Under the pieces are notes generated by a model, which was given only the letters and a program-made list of their open reading frames with translations, searched no databases and was not told where the DNA came from. DNA of 64,000 nucleotides from Octopus sinensis (taxonomy: Eukaryota), in contig NC_043011.1 in the NCBI RefSeq assembly GCF_006345805.1, positions 64,492,464-64,556,463 on the forward strand, read 5' to 3'. This document shows, in pieces, positions 27,200-41,234 of the stretch. Position 1 is the first letter of the stretch, and the number at the start of each line of letters is the position of its first letter. The translations under genes were made by a program, and so were the position numbers.

Positions 27200-28885
27200 T
27201 CTTATTAAACAGAACAGGGTATGGGTATAAAATTGCCAATAAAAAAAATAGCCATCTATTTTATATGGATGACTTAAAACTATATGGTAAAGACAATTAT
27301 GAACTTAAAGGACTATTGCGCACTGGGAAAACATTCAGCATTGACATCGGCATGGAGTTTGGGCTTGAGAAGTCTGCCAAGGCCACTTTCCAGAAAGGGA
27401 AATTGAAGACTACAAATTCAGTCGTGTTAGATGTTGACACAGTCATGAGAGAGCTTGAGCAAGAACAAACATACATATATTTAGGGATAAATTAAGGCTC
27501 TGGTATTCAGCATGGAAGCATGAAAGAGAAGATCAGGAAGGAATGTTATAGGGGAGTTCGTCCTTCCTGAAATCTGAACTAAATGCACGTAACAAGGTGT
27601 TAGCTATAAATTCCTTAGCAGTTCCAGTTGTGACTTATAGCTACAATGTGTTGAACTGGAATATGAGTGAAGTAAAGAATACAGATAGAAAAATACGCAA
27701 GCTGCTGAGTTGTAATAGGATGCACAACCCAAAGGCAGACGTAGATCGCCTTTACCTTCCCAGAGCCCAAGGAGGTCGAGGCCTGATCCAATTTGAACTA
27801 GCTTACAAAACAACCACAATTGGACTGGCCAAATATCTTGAAATAACGAATCACTGGATGCTAAAGCACGTGGAAAATCATGAGAGACGAAAGAAGCTTC
27901 ATTCGATCATAAAGGAAAGCAAAAATATAGCTATTGCTCTCATGCATGATACCCAAACTGAACAACCCGAGGGAAGTACGGCAACTATTGTTGCAAAGAA
28001 GGTGAATAAAATGGCAACGAAAAAAGCGCACGAGCAATTGGCTACAGAGCTCATGGCTAAAAGCAGAGAGCGAAGGTTTCATCCTTGCTGCTCAAGATCA
28101 AAGCATATTAACCCGGAACTACCAGGCCAATGTGATGAAAAATGGAGCAGACCCAAAAAGCCGATTCTGCAACGACATGATTGAAACAGTGGACCACCTA
28201 ATCTCTGGATGTAAAATCTTAGCACCAGTGGAGTATAAATTAAGGCATGACAGAGTTGGCCAATATCTACACTGGCTAATAAGTCAGCATTACAATATCA
28301 AAACTGCCGACAAGTGGTATAATCACCACCCTGAATCTGTAACTGAAGGAGAAAATGTAACGATTCGGTGGGACTTTACAGTACATACAGACCGAACCAT
28401 CAAGGCCAATAAACCAGATATTGTTGTGAAAGACCCAAACAATAAAGTTTGCTTATTGATCGACATGAGCATCCCCTGGGATCATAATATCTCAGCGAAA
28501 GAGTTTGACAAGCTCAGAAAATAAAAAAGACCTGCACATTGAAATTGAGAAAATATGACATCTCATGGCGGTTACAATACCAGTTATCGTAGGAGCACTA
28601 AGAATGATCAAGAAGAGAACCGAAAATTATGTGAGAATGGTCCCTGGCTTACCATTCCTGCAAGAAAAGCAAAAGATTTTCTTAACTGGAACATCACACG
28701 TATTGAGAAGTGCATTGTCGATGTGAGAATTATTACTACCCATGTATTTTAATTTAACTTTAAAAAAAATTCACGAACTATTGAGTTTAGTTTATTGGCC
28801 TACCGATGTATACTATGAGTTTCCTTGCCCTAAGAGTCGGGAAGACACTCGGCAAGAAATGGAAGCAAATTTGAAAGAAGAAACA
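27200..28885 (+). mobile_element. R4/Dong-like element, family B, with RT and REL remnants (intron 2)
   Basis: HLFYMDDLKLY, MHNPKADVDRLYLPR, RHDRVGQYLHW, KPDIVVKD. Confidence 0.9.
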
Positions 28886-28911
28886 AATATAATTATACTA
28901 ATAATAATAAT

Positions 28912-30285
28912 ATCGTTATATCGTTATAACGTTAACTGGTTAATTACTGAAATATGTAAACTTGAGAGAAAAATACGAAAACTGTTGACAATGTATATAA
29001 TGCACGACCCTAAGGTAGATACAGAACGACTTTATCTGCCAAGAAAAGAGGGAGGCCGTGTACTTTTACAACTGGCAATAACAATGAAGATTGCTACAAT
29101 TGGACTAGAAACCTACCTGAAAAACTCTAAAATTGGACGTTAAAACTTGTTTCAAAACATGAAAACAAAAAAGCATCATACTCTGTAACTAAACAGGCAA
29201 AGCAATATCTAAGTGAATTCCGAATACAACAAATTTCGGAATGAGAGTTAGACATACAAGAAACAAGCACCGAAAGAGCTAGGCGCATGAAAACCCGTGC
29301 AAAAACTGCGGCCTTAGATATTCTGAATAATAAATGGCAAGAAAAACATCTCTATGGCAGATACCCAAAGAGGGAGAGTGATGCAGATTTTGACAAAGCC
29401 CTAAAACATCAATGGCTAATAGCCGCTGGCTTAAAATCTGAAACAGAAGGCATTATCATAGCAGCTCAAGATCAATGCCTACCAACAAGGAACTACCAGG
29501 CCAACATATTAAAGAACGGCAGTAGCACAATATATCGTGTATGTCAACAACAAAAGGAAACCATTCATCATGTTGTTTCCAAGTGCAGTCTTCTAGCGCC
29601 TACAGAGTATCTGTACAGGCATGATGGATCTGCACAATATATTCAACAACAATATATTCAAGAACCTGGATTTTCCCCATGAAAAACACTGGTGGGAACA
29701 CAAAACACCCCAGTGCTTGAAAATGACCAAATCTCTCTCTTCTGGAACTTCAGCATTCAAACTGACAGAAAGATAGATGCAAGTAGGCCAGATATATTAT
29801 TTAAAGACTTCAGACAAAGATCATGCTTCCTCATTGATATTACTGTCCCAATCGATATCTGTCAAGACCTCCCAAAAACTGAGCAAAAATAAAGATCTTG
29901 AAATAGAAATCAGCAAAATATGGAATCTGAAAACTAAAACAATACCTGTTGTTATAAGTACCCTGGGAATGATACCAAACGCGGCTGATTGCTACCTAAC
30001 TCAGATACCAGGAAATCCCAAACTGGCAGTAATTCAAAAGATAGTGCTCATGGGAGCTGCTCATATCCTACGCAAAATACTTTCTATGTAATCTCAAGGT
30101 TTCAAATAAACATAATTCTCGTTTTTTTTAGAAATTCACTAGTAAAAGACCAAAAAGCAAATAAAACATATATATGGCATACTAGGCATAACAGCAACAT
30201 GAACTTCCAACTTATTGTCTCTTGAGGTCTCTGGGTGAGACTTGGAGCCAACTTGTCCAAATATAAAGAAAAAGTCAAGCATAGA
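28912..30285 (+). mobile_element. R4/Dong-like element, family A (intron 2)
   Basis: AAQDQCLPTRNY, RHD, ..IQKIVLMGAAHILRKILSM. Followed by (AAT)n. Confidence 0.9.
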
Positions 30286-30337
30286 ATAATAATAATAATA
30301 ATAACGACATTAATAATAATATTGATAATAATAATAA

Positions 30338-30414
<77 letters not shown>

Positions 30415-30415
<1 letters not shown>

Positions 30416-31386
30416 TAAATAAACACAAAGAAGAAGAAGAAGATGATGAAGAAACAACAAAAGCTATAAAACAAATGAAATCCAAACTAAAAATAGAACA
30501 TCAACGAGCCATGATAAAACGATGGCAAGAAAAACCCATTCATGGTAACTACTGCACTAAACTAAACGCAAAAGAAATAGACAAAGAAAAATCCCAGCAA
30601 TGGTTGAGAAGCTCAGGACTCAAAGCAGAAACAGAGGGATTTTTAATTGCAGCACAAGACCAAAGCCTCCCCACCAGAAATTACCAAAAACATGTAATGA
30701 AAAGAAATATTACAAGTAACTGCAGAATATGTGGAGATGGACAAGAAACAATAAATCATATTATCTATGGCTGCCCAGTCCTGGCTAAGAAGAAATATAC
30801 TCACAGACATTACAGAGTTGGAACCTACATACACTGGAAGCTATGCCAACATTATGGAATAACAACAGAAAAAAAGATGGTATAGGCACACACCAGAAAA
30901 GGTCACAGAAAACGAGAAAGCAACCATACTCTGGGATATGCCGATACCCACAGATAGAGAAATTAAGGCCAACAGACCAGATATAGTTGTCAGAGATCAT
31001 GAAGAAAAAAAATGCTTTCTAATTGATGTATCAATACCGGCAGATGACAACGTGTCTCTAAAAGAAATGGAGAAACTCTCAAAAAACAAAGACCTGGAAA
31101 TAGAGGTATCTAGAATGTGGAACCTGAAAACATAAACAATTCCTATCATAGTAGGTGCATTAGGCATGATAAAAAAATATTCAGACAAATACATAACAAA
31201 AACACCAGGACTTACAAACACATATATCATACAGAAAATTGCACTACTAGGCACTGCACACATCCTACGCAGAACACTTTCCATACAATAACCATCAGAG
31301 CATCACAACAAATCACAGCACATACCCAAGGCACACAGAGCTGCGCTCGGTAGTGAAGTGAAAGCACGCTAAAAAAAATAAAACTA

Positions 31387-31390
<4 letters not shown>
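30415..31390 (+). mobile_element. R4/Dong-like element, family C (intron 2)
   Basis: WLRSSGLKAETEGFLIAAQDQSLPTRNY, CRICGDGQETINH, RPDIVVRD..FLIDVS. Confidence 0.9.
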
Positions 31391-31419
<29 letters not shown>

Positions 31420-31423
<4 letters not shown>

Positions 31424-32009
31424 GCCCTAATGCAGTACCAGGCAGTGGCTCTAAATGCCCTGATGCAGTACGAGGCAGTGGCTCTGATGGCCTCTGATCT
31501 TAACTGATTGGAAGTGTTACCTTGTACATTGTTTTGTCTTGGTATAAAAGATGGGCTACAGCAAATATTCTGCTCAATACCACAGATTTGCTTGCCAGTT
31601 GTTTGCCTTTAACCAGTTGAGCATGTCCCTTAGTGGCTGACGATATGTGCATCTCTGATCGCGGGCAGAAGTAGTGGGGAGCATCATAGCCATGTGTTGA
31701 GAGGGATTATTTGGGGTTTGAATAATTCACCACTGGAAACATGGGTGATTTTTTCAACATCCTTAAACAACCCTTATTCAGGGACCGTTGGAGCGGGATG
31801 GGCTACTCAACCTGAAGAAAATTCTAACTGGGCCCCACCTGCAAGGTCATGTGCTGTTTATCTTGATAAGATATCACCATGTCGCGCACATATGGTTTTA
31901 ATGCATGTGCCTGGTGTACACTTATCAGACGGGTAGTCATGATGGGTATATTGGGCTTCGTATATTTTACCCCAGTGACACTTTGATGGCATGATCTGCT
32001 CTCTCACTC

Positions 32010-32020
<11 letters not shown>
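31420..32020. repeat. Unclassified interspersed element inserted in (AAT)n; begins with a short (about 30 bp) tandem duplication
   Basis: More GC-rich 600-bp block bounded by (AAT)n on both sides, with no recognisable ORF. Confidence 0.45.
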
Positions 32021-32040
<20 letters not shown>

Positions 32041-32042
32041 TA

Positions 32043-33967
32043 GTATGGCATGGATCGATTACAGAAACACGTTTGATAGCATCCCCCACACATTGATCCT
32101 CGAAACCCTAGCCATTAACAAAGCAGCACCAACAATTATAGAATATATTGGAGACTCTAAAAAAAAGGCAAACATTGCTACAGCTCCTGAAAAACCAAAG
32201 CCATTCCCATTGGAAGAGGAATATTCCAGGGAGAAACGCGCTCTCTAATTCATTTTCTGCTTGGCACTATCACCTCTATCTAATATGCTAAATAGAACTA
32301 GATGCGGATCTAAATGTTACGTCAAAACGACGAGCCGCTATTTATATATGGATGACTTAAAATTATACGTTGCCAATGAAAAATGTCTGGAAACACTACT
32401 AAAGAGATTTCATGAATTTACAAAGGATTTAGATATGAAATTTGGATTAGAAAAAGGCGCCAAAGTAACCCTGAAAAGAAGAAAACTTGTTAAAAGTAGC
32501 AACATCACACTAGATAAAACCAATGAAATAAAAGAATTAGACCAAAGCCAAATTTACAAAAACTTAGGAATCCATGAACTAGATAAGATACAACACACAC
32601 AAATGAAAGAGGAAAAAAAAAAGAATATTATAGACGAGTTAGATCAATACTTAAAACAGAGATCACTGCTAAAAACAAGATAATAGGTATCAACACTTTA
32701 GTCGTCCAGGTTATACGTTACAGTTAAAACATTCTAAACTGGACACAAAATCATTTGACCAAAATAAATAGGAAAACAAGAAAAATAATGACAGGATCTA
32801 GGAAGCATCAACCAAAATCTGATGTAGAAAGGCTATAAATACAACGTAAAGATGGTGGTGGATGCCTAATACAGCTGGAAAACTACTATAAAATAACCAC
32901 CATAGGACTGCAAAAATATCTACTTCAGAAGGAAGGAAAACTGATCCAGGTAGCGGCAAAACACGAGCTAAACAAAAAACTGTTTGCTGTATTTAAGGAA
33001 GCTGTCAAATACAAACACGAAATCATAAAACCTAACAAATATGAAGAAAAAGAAGAAGATGAAGAAACAACAAAAGCTATAAAACAAATGAAATACAAAA
33101 TAAAAGTAGGACAGCAACGAACCATGATAAAACGATGGCAAGAAAAGCTCCTTCTTGGTAAATACTGCACTAAACTAAACGCAAAAGAAATAGACAAAGA
33201 AAATTCACAGCAATGGTTGAGAAGCTCAGGACTCAAAGCAGAAACAGAGGGATTTTTAATTGCAGCACAAGACCAAAGCCTCCCCACCAGAAATTACCAA
33301 AAACATGTAATGAAAAGAAATATTACAAGTAACTGCAGAATATGTGGAGATGGACAAGAAACAATAAATCATATTATCTCTAGCTGCCCAGTCCTGGCTA
33401 TGGAACCTACATACATTGGAAGCTATGCCAACATTATGGAATAACAACAGAAAAAAGATGGTATAGGCACACACCAGAAAAGGTCACAGAAAACGAGAAA
33501 GCAACCATACTCTGGGATATGCCGATACACACAGATAGAGAAATTAAGACCAACCGACCAGATATAGTTGCCAGAGATCATGAAGAAAAAAAATGCTTTC
33601 TAATTGATGTATCAATACCATTAGATGACAACGCCTCTCTAAAAGAAATGGAGAAACTTTCAAAATAAAAAGACCTGGAAATAGAGGTAACCAGAATGTG
33701 GAACCTGAAAACAGAAACAATTCCTATCATAATACGTGCATAGGTATGATAAAAAAACATTCAGACAAATACATAACAAAAACACCAGGACTTACAAACA
33801 CATATAACATACAGGAAATTGCACTACTAGACACTGCACACATCCTACCCAGAACACTTTCCATACAATATAACCATCAAAGCATCACAACAAATCACAG
33901 CATATACCCAAGGCACACAGAGCTACGCTCGGTAGTGAAGTGAATGCATGCTATAAAAATAAAACTA

Positions 33968-33970
<3 letters not shown>
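32043..33970 (+). mobile_element. R4/Dong-like element, family C, with RT remnants (intron 2)
   Basis: MAWIDYRNTFDSIPH, YLYMDDLKLYVA, then a CCHC/REL region nearly identical to 30415-31390. Confidence 0.9.
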
Positions 33971-34019
<49 letters not shown>

Positions 34020-34028
34020 TTTATAAGG

Positions 34029-34060
<32 letters not shown>

Positions 34061-34079
34061 TATAATGATAATAATAATA

Positions 34080-34122
<43 letters not shown>

Positions 34123-34163
34123 TTAATAATAATAATAATATTAATAATAATATTAATAATAAC

Positions 34164-34228
<65 letters not shown>

Positions 34229-34295
34229 TAATAATAATAATAATAATAATAAAAATATTAGTAATAACAATATTAATAACAATAATAATAATAGT
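33970..34295. repeat. (AAT)n microsatellite; similar tracts separate nearly all R4/Dong-like fragments
   Basis: Directly visible, e.g. also 1933-2055, 26810-27060, 42548-42698, 44140-44371 and 60608-60720. Confidence 0.95.
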
Positions 34296-34740
34296 AAAAA
34301 CTTGTGGGAACACAAACCACCTCCAGTGCTTGAAAATGACCACTTTTCCCTCCTCGGGAACTTCACCTTTTTAAACGGACAAAAAGGTTTCTGCATATAG
34401 GCCAGACACCATAGTGCAAATCTTCAGACAAAAACACTCCTCATTGAAACGACTTCCTAATCAATATAAACGTATCTGTCATGACCTACCAAATACTGAG
34501 AAAATGTAAATATCTTGAATTAGAAATTAGCAAAATGTAGAATCACATGACTAAAACAATACCTATTGTCATAGGTACCCAATTATAGCAAAAGCGTTGA
34601 TTGCTACCTGGCTCAGATACCGGAAAACCTCAAAATGGCAGAAATTCAAAAGATAGTGCCCATGGAATCTGCCCATATCCTACGCAATATACTTTCTATG
34701 TTATCTGAACTTTCTTATGATTTCTTTATTATTCTCTTGT
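34295..34740 (+). mobile_element. R4/Dong-like element, family A, short decayed 3' fragment
   Basis: KNLWEHKPPPVLENDH.. directly after (AAT)n, with the family A tail. Confidence 0.8.
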
Positions 34741-35281
34741 ACAACACTATTTACAAAACCAAATAGATTGCTTTCTAGGCATTGAGGATCACTCTTTCTA
34801 TTTATCGAGCGTCTTCACTGTGCTGCATCTTACAGGGACCATTCATTGTTACAGATATAATTGATATTAGAGGCACAATGTCGAGGGAAGTTGATAGCCG
34901 ATAACATTAGAAATTTACTACTTCGTCATTTATCGACCACCAAATTAAAACAAGCCAAGATTTTCCTTGCAGATATTGAAATCTGACGGAAAGAAAATCG
35001 GACAATATGTTGCCAAGCACTTTTGCCTAGCATGCAAACTATTCCCCGCCCTTCGTAGTAGAAATAATACCAGCTATTTATAAAGTGAAAACTCTTTGAT
35101 CGACAATGTTAGTCTACATAAATAATATCCACAGAATGTACAATATTGGCAGCTGTTTTGAAAAGGTATTGTATATAACATATGTTGTGATTTTATATTA
35201 AATACGTTAAAAATTATATGTGAAATATTTTAGATATATCACATTTTAACATTTTCAGGCAATCTCCTATTTTTCTTTTAG

Positions 35282-35463
35282 TCGATTAAAAGGTTTCAAG
35301 GGTTGTTACATGAAGAGAGTGTCTTCGTGTGCGTCAAAGAATGAAATATCTCAGAATAAATTTTGGAATTTATTGCGAGTAAAAGATCCCTTGGCTTGTT
35401 ACCAAGGCGAAGATTCTCAGTGTGTTTCAGTGATCAGAAAAATTGCTTACAAAGGTTTCTGTG
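35282..35463 (+). CDS. Coding exon 3 of the putative secreted Cys-rich protein
   Basis: ctcctatttttcttttag|T CGA TTA...TTC TGT G|gtatga. 182 nt, phase 2 to phase 1, open for 60 codons RLKGFKGCYMKRVSSCASKNEISQNKFWNLLRVKDPLACYQGEDSQCVSVIRKIAYKGFC with 5 Cys. Confidence 0.78.
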
Positions 35464-35679
35464 GTATGACATTTTAATTAGTTACAATATAATTTCGAGA
35501 AATGTTGTATAAGATGGAATCTCATGCAGTAATAATAATTGCACTGGGAAAGGCCTCGAGTTTTCAATAAGTGTAAATATTAGCTGAAAATAAAATCGTA
35601 TTTAAGAATACTTACGCAGTTAGCCATTAGAATAATCACAGCAACTGAAATTATTATTTTTTATTCATTTATTTTACTT

Positions 35680-36385
35680 TATTTTATTTAGTTTCAGCTC
35701 ACGAGCTTTGGCCATGCTGGTGCACCGCCATTTGGTGTTGCTACATGATTTTACTTCATTAATGCTTTTTGGAAATGCCATTTGGTGCATGTGAAAGCTC
35801 GATGCAGCTGCCCTCATCTGCACCTCCTGCAATGAAGTTGGTTCATCTGGGACACCTGACAAGAAGAGATCCAGTTTAATTTTAAAAACATCTTCTTCCA
35901 CCCCATGCAGGTCTCGCAGGTTCTTCGGGAGGATATTGAATAGCTGTGGGCCTCTGAAGCCCAGACTATCACAGTATTTTGTCTTACAAGTTGATGGCAA
36001 ACTTGGAGTCTTTGGCACTATGCAGTGGCACCTATTTCTGTCATTTGTGTAACTCCCGATGCCAAAGTTTGGGACAGGTCCTTCTAGGAGCTTCCAGATG
36101 TATATCATTGCATGTATTTCACAACTACGCTCTAAGGAATAGAGTCTCAATCTCTTCAGTTTTTCCCAATAGCTTATATGCTGCACAGAGGCTAACTTCT
36201 ACGTGTATCTTCGTTGGATCGCATCAAGTTCTGTGATTAAATTGACACTGGATGGTGACCATAGCTGAGAGCAATAGTCAAAGTGGCTTAGGACAAGTGT
36301 CCTCCAGACGACCATCATGGTTTCCTGGACTCTTGTTCTAAAGGTTCTAAGAATCCATCATGGTCAGCCGCCTACACTTCATTGC
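35680..36385 (-). mobile_element. CR1-like LINE 3' fragment, antisense in intron 3
   Basis: ORF 35674-36186: [36 protein letters not shown]. Same family as 13345-16600. Confidence 0.88.
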
Positions 36386-37136
36386 CATCATCACAGTTTT
36401 ATAAAGTAATTGTCATTAAGCGATATAATATAACAAATTCTCGCATTAGGTTTTTGAGATTTAATGGGGCATTGTTTGGAAAGCCAGTCCTCAGCAAATA
36501 ATCGAAAACTAACGGAACCCCAAACTTTCTATTAAATCTAGCAAATAAATATAGCTACACTCCAGCGAGTATAAGGTTCATGCCTGTTGGTGGGAAGTGA
36601 TGGAATGCCGCGTCAGCTGATACCCGTGTGTGTCACGTAAGGATTTTATATATTTTATATCTATATAAGTATTCGTTTTTTTCTTTGTCAGTTTCACAAC
36701 ACATCAAATATTTGAGTTTTATGTTGAAACATGAAGGAATTTAAAGATCATTCCACGCAATATAGAATCCAAAAAACCTGTCTAGAATTAAGTAATATCA
36801 GTGAAATATTACATCGATCTCATTCTAATTATGTTATATTAAGACACTGACACCGACTTCCAGACACATCATGAAGACTGCAATATCAGACGAATAATAG
36901 AATATATCTACTTACAGTGCTTCTTTATGTATGTTTGTGTTTCTAAGTAATATATATAGTTGAAATACACAAAAAAAAAAACGAAACGCGAAGAGGGGTG
37001 TATAAACAGGAAGCAGTTGTCTTAGTTTGATGCTAGGGAAGGAGAGAAAGACTATAGCGGCGGTTATGGCAATCAATCTTGGCTATATATATATATGTGT
37101 CTGTGGGTGTGTGTATGTGTGTTTATAGATCCATAA

Positions 37137-37181
<45 letters not shown>

Positions 37182-37213
37182 CATACATACATATATATAC
37201 ACATACACACACA

Positions 37214-37286
<73 letters not shown>

Positions 37287-37290
<4 letters not shown>

Positions 37291-37480
37291 AGAGTTTACG
37301 AAAAAAACAAAAGACGAAGATAGGTGGTGTAAAGCACAAACAGATGTATTAATATAACTCTCAGGAATAGAAGTCTTTTTCGTTTCGAGCCTACGCTCTT
37401 CTACAGAAAGAGAAACACAAAAAGCAAGGGCAGAAACAAGGGGAGAAAAATATGTGTGTCGTGGCTAACGATCTCTCTCA
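37287..37480 (-). mobile_element. Copy of the about 190-bp TA-associated repeat with hammerhead-like motif
   Basis: Matches 7605-7795 and abuts (TA)n. Confidence 0.6.
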
Positions 37481-37689
37481 TGGCAGGCCGTTCCAAAAGA
37501 CACTATATTATTTCGTAATCTAATGACTTTGCTATTTCTTGTACAATTGACTTCAAATGTTAACAGCATCGGTAAAAATAAGTCAAAATATTATGGTTAA
37601 AGTTTGATATGTTTTTAAGTATAGGAATTGCATTCACTATAAATGATAATGATATTTGTGTGTTGGAATATGGTCGACCACAGTCGAAC

Positions 37690-38190
37690 AAGACTGTGCG
37701 TTACTTTGATGATGGATTTCACTAAAAGTTCGCCAACGGCAAAGCGGTTTTGGACCTGGCTCAAAAACTTCAAAAGCTAAGATTGTCTGTGCAGGGGAAG
37801 ACGATCAGGACGAGCACTAACATTGGACGAGACAGTCGAGGAGGCTAGCCCGAAACTCTTTGAAAGTTCCAAGATCTCCATGAGAAGAACAAGTTTGGAA
37901 ATCCAGATTCCGCCAATGACTGTTTAGCTCGACCTGATGAAACACTACAAGCTGAGGTTCATTCAGGCCATAATGGCAGACGACAGGCGACTGCGCAAAC
38001 AAGGGGCTATGTGAAGGGCTTGGTCTATGCCAGCCACACCCTTTCTGAAAACCTAGAGGAAGTCGAGCAGAGAATCAATACCGCACTGGAGACTGTGACA
38101 CAAGACATGCTGCCGAGTTTTTGGGAGGAGGTACATTAACGCCATGGCGTGTGCCCGACCATAGGCGTTTCGAATATCAGACATTTGTGA
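37690..38190 (+). mobile_element. Tc1/mariner-superfamily transposase relic, internally deleted
   Basis: SMRRTSLEIQIPPMT, YKLRFIQAI, then LEEVEQRINTALETVTQDML..WEE. N- and C-terminal parts are joined without the DDD core. Confidence 0.5.
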
Positions 38191-38360
38191 TATTCTTCAT
38201 GGAATCCACGTCCATTTGAATTCCTGATGCAATTTTTGCAGGAATACGTCATGCTGACCAAATTTAAACCTGTTTAGTTTCAATTTCTTTTGGCTATGTA
38301 ATTTCTGTGATGTTTATATCTCAAAAGATATCAAAGATCTTGGAAGTAAAGCACTGTATG

Positions 38361-38445
<85 letters not shown>

Positions 38446-38619
38446 GTGTGAGTGATCATTCAAAATTCTTTCATTACTCACTTCCAATTATTGCAGGAAA
38501 CGGGAATTGTACAATTATAATCATACATGTCTCTACATGTCACGTTGTAGAGACCTATGAGCAGTTTTCCACAAATCTACTTTTGCGGCTGTTGAAGTGA
38601 CGAAAAGGTTATAATGACG

Positions 38620-38860
38620 GTAGAACAATCTAGATGATTAACGTTCTTACACCTAAAGAGATATTCACTGAGAAATAGAAGTTTATGGTGAAAATGCTCT
38701 ATCGTAAGACGTAGTGAGGCACTGGCATCACCTTTTCCAGTTTGGTGAGAAATCGGTTGAATCTACAGTGATTCCTGGACAACCATATACAACCACATGT
38801 GACGACACCATTACTAAAATGGAAGATACCATTTCTGAAGTATTGGCGACTTAATTCTCG
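38620..38860 (+). mobile_element. Mariner transposase N-terminal HTH relic
   Basis: VLTPKEIF.. / YGENALS*DVVRHWHHLFQFGEKSVES..PGQP. Confidence 0.55.
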
Positions 38861-39157
38861 GCAATTCCCCCAAGAAGTGTTCATAAATGTAAGAATGTAG
38901 GATCCATGGAAAACTGATCACGGCCATTTGCATTTGCGGAAGGCGCCTACATGATGGATTACCCTGATACTGATATGTGTATATATACATAAAGATATAT
39001 TTACGTACAAACACGCACACACACACACACACACACACTCAAACACACACACATATATATATATTCGCTCCAACATTCGAAACTCGATTACTTTGACCAT
39101 ATAATTTTTTTTATTTTCTCAAAATAAAAACATATATATATATATGTATATACGTAT

Positions 39158-39231
<74 letters not shown>

Positions 39232-39317
39232 CCTGTGACACACAAATATCTAAAGTATATTTCTCTTTTCCCTTAGTTTTATAATAACTTCATACCATAT
39301 TATTTCTTTTTCTGCAG

Positions 39318-39361
39318 GACCTCACTGGGATGAAAATAACAATCTTCAGAAATACGACTGA
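39318..39361 (+). CDS. Terminal coding exon 4 of the putative secreted Cys-rich protein
   Basis: tatttctttttctgcag|GA CCT CAC TGG...TAC GAC TGA = (G)PHWDENNNLQKYD*. Strong acceptor, phase 1 matches exon 3. Total CDS 43+67+182+44 = 336 nt = 111 aa + stop. Confidence 0.68.
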
Positions 39362-39465
39362 GCCACAGTACCTTCAGTTTATGTGTATGGTTTCAATGAA
39401 TACCATTAGAGTAACACAGCTAAAATATCACATTGCTTTTCGGTTAATATTGCCTATAATATCAC

Positions 39466-39471
39466 AATAAA
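39466..39471 (+). terminator. Candidate polyadenylation signal of the secreted-protein gene
   Basis: AATAAA about 105 nt after the stop codon, with a second one at 39625. The motif is common in AT-rich DNA. Confidence 0.35.
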
Positions 39472-39889
39472 TCAAAGATGTATCTCTTTAATAATCCTCG
39501 CACTGGCGATTAGAACTTTGACTTTGTAAAAGACTGATGGTAAATATATTTAAAACGAATCCTAATTAACTGTGCAATATCATGGCAGATCGTAATGCAA
39601 ATTTGTGAAGACGATCCAGTAGGCAATAAAATACAATTTCGTTACTAAAACATTCGTATGACTATTATTACATTTTATGTGTTCATACCATTACACACAT
39701 CACTGCAAATCGCGCTCGCACGCACATATACACACACGCACACATACACACACTCATATGTATATATATATATATAAGATTAGAAGAGGCTGTCATGCGT
39801 TGTACACTGAAAATTATCAAAACAACGTTTAACAGCAACGCCGGATAACAATCAATATCCAGAAAAAAACTAAATTACGAATACTTATT

Positions 39890-40090
39890 TCTTTATTGCC
39901 CACAGGATATTAAACAAAGATACGACAAACAAGGACCCAGAAAGGGATTAAGACAATTACATAGACCACAGCAATTAAAAGGTACTTCTTTATTCGTCCC
40001 CGAAATGATGAAGTTCAAAGTCGACTCCGGCGGAATTTGAACTCACAATGTAACAGTAGACGTAATACCACTAGGCATAACAAATATTGC
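39890..40090 (-). mobile_element. SINE fragment
   Basis: Minus strand has a B-box-like GAGTTCAAATTCCGCC at about 40029-40044. Confidence 0.4.
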
Positions 40091-40275
40091 CTGAGTGTAA
40101 ACAGAATCGCGACAGAAGAATGAGCGAATTACATTCAGGTTCTGAATGCATTTTTAATTTAGTAGATATATTGCAATTACCACAATTTTTCTAATTATCT
40201 ACATTAGAAATACGTCTTTTACTTTAACCGATAGAATCACATATATGTATAAACGCAGACACATATATAATGCTT

Positions 40276-40434
<159 letters not shown>

Positions 40435-41234
40435 TATATGTGTATATCTAAGTATATGTGCGTATATGTACGTATATATGTATATATTATCGTATATATC
40501 TATTTGTTTGTAAGTGTGTGAAATGTACTGATAAACAAATAATGAAGACAAGTAGTATTTCAAAAGTTTTACTTAAAAATTACCAGCAGGTTTCGGAATT
40601 TAATCTTGTTCCAAACATATATTTCAGTCGCCTCATGTAGATTTTAGACGGAATAAAAATATAAGAGAAGTATTAACCTCTATTTCTGACTACGCGAAAA
40701 CTAACATTGGAGTGTCTGTATGCTGTACACTAAAAAATTGACACAAGAGAAGACAGCCCTGCTCATTGTGGAGCAATATGTGATTAGTCGATTCCGTCAG
40801 GAAACATAGCAGAAATGTTACGATTTGAATGGTGCGTGGAACCTGTAAAATATCACATTTGGAGTACTCAGAAGAATGCATAATACAAAACCTGCGTCCT
40901 ATTGGTTGAGCAATAGAACAATTAAACTAAACATTTAATTGGGAAGATATGAGAGGCCAAGTACAATAACAGTAGTAAAATATTTTAGATTAAACGGGGG
41001 TAATTTTTAAAAAGAATTGAATGTGCATATTCTCAGAAAATATTCATAATCTGTTAGACATTCAGTCCTCCAAATGCAGGAAGAGAAATATATTTGTGAG
41101 ATATTAACACGACGACCTGGATACATTAATAAAATGACAGTAGAATTTCCTCATATATAAAAAATTCTGGTTCAAATTTTGGTTACGAATTCCTATAATT
41201 TTGAATTTCTATTTAGAAGAAGAAGAAAAAGAAG

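Noticed and set aside
34973-35083. Good acceptor (ttttccttgcag) followed by an open frame with CLAC in intron 2
   Set aside because: Open only in phase 0, whereas exon 2 ends in phase 2 (immediate stop). No matching donor was found.
35239-35281. Alternative upstream acceptor (attttcag) for exon 3
   Set aside because: In frame only as phase 0, which does not match the phase 2 donor of exon 2.
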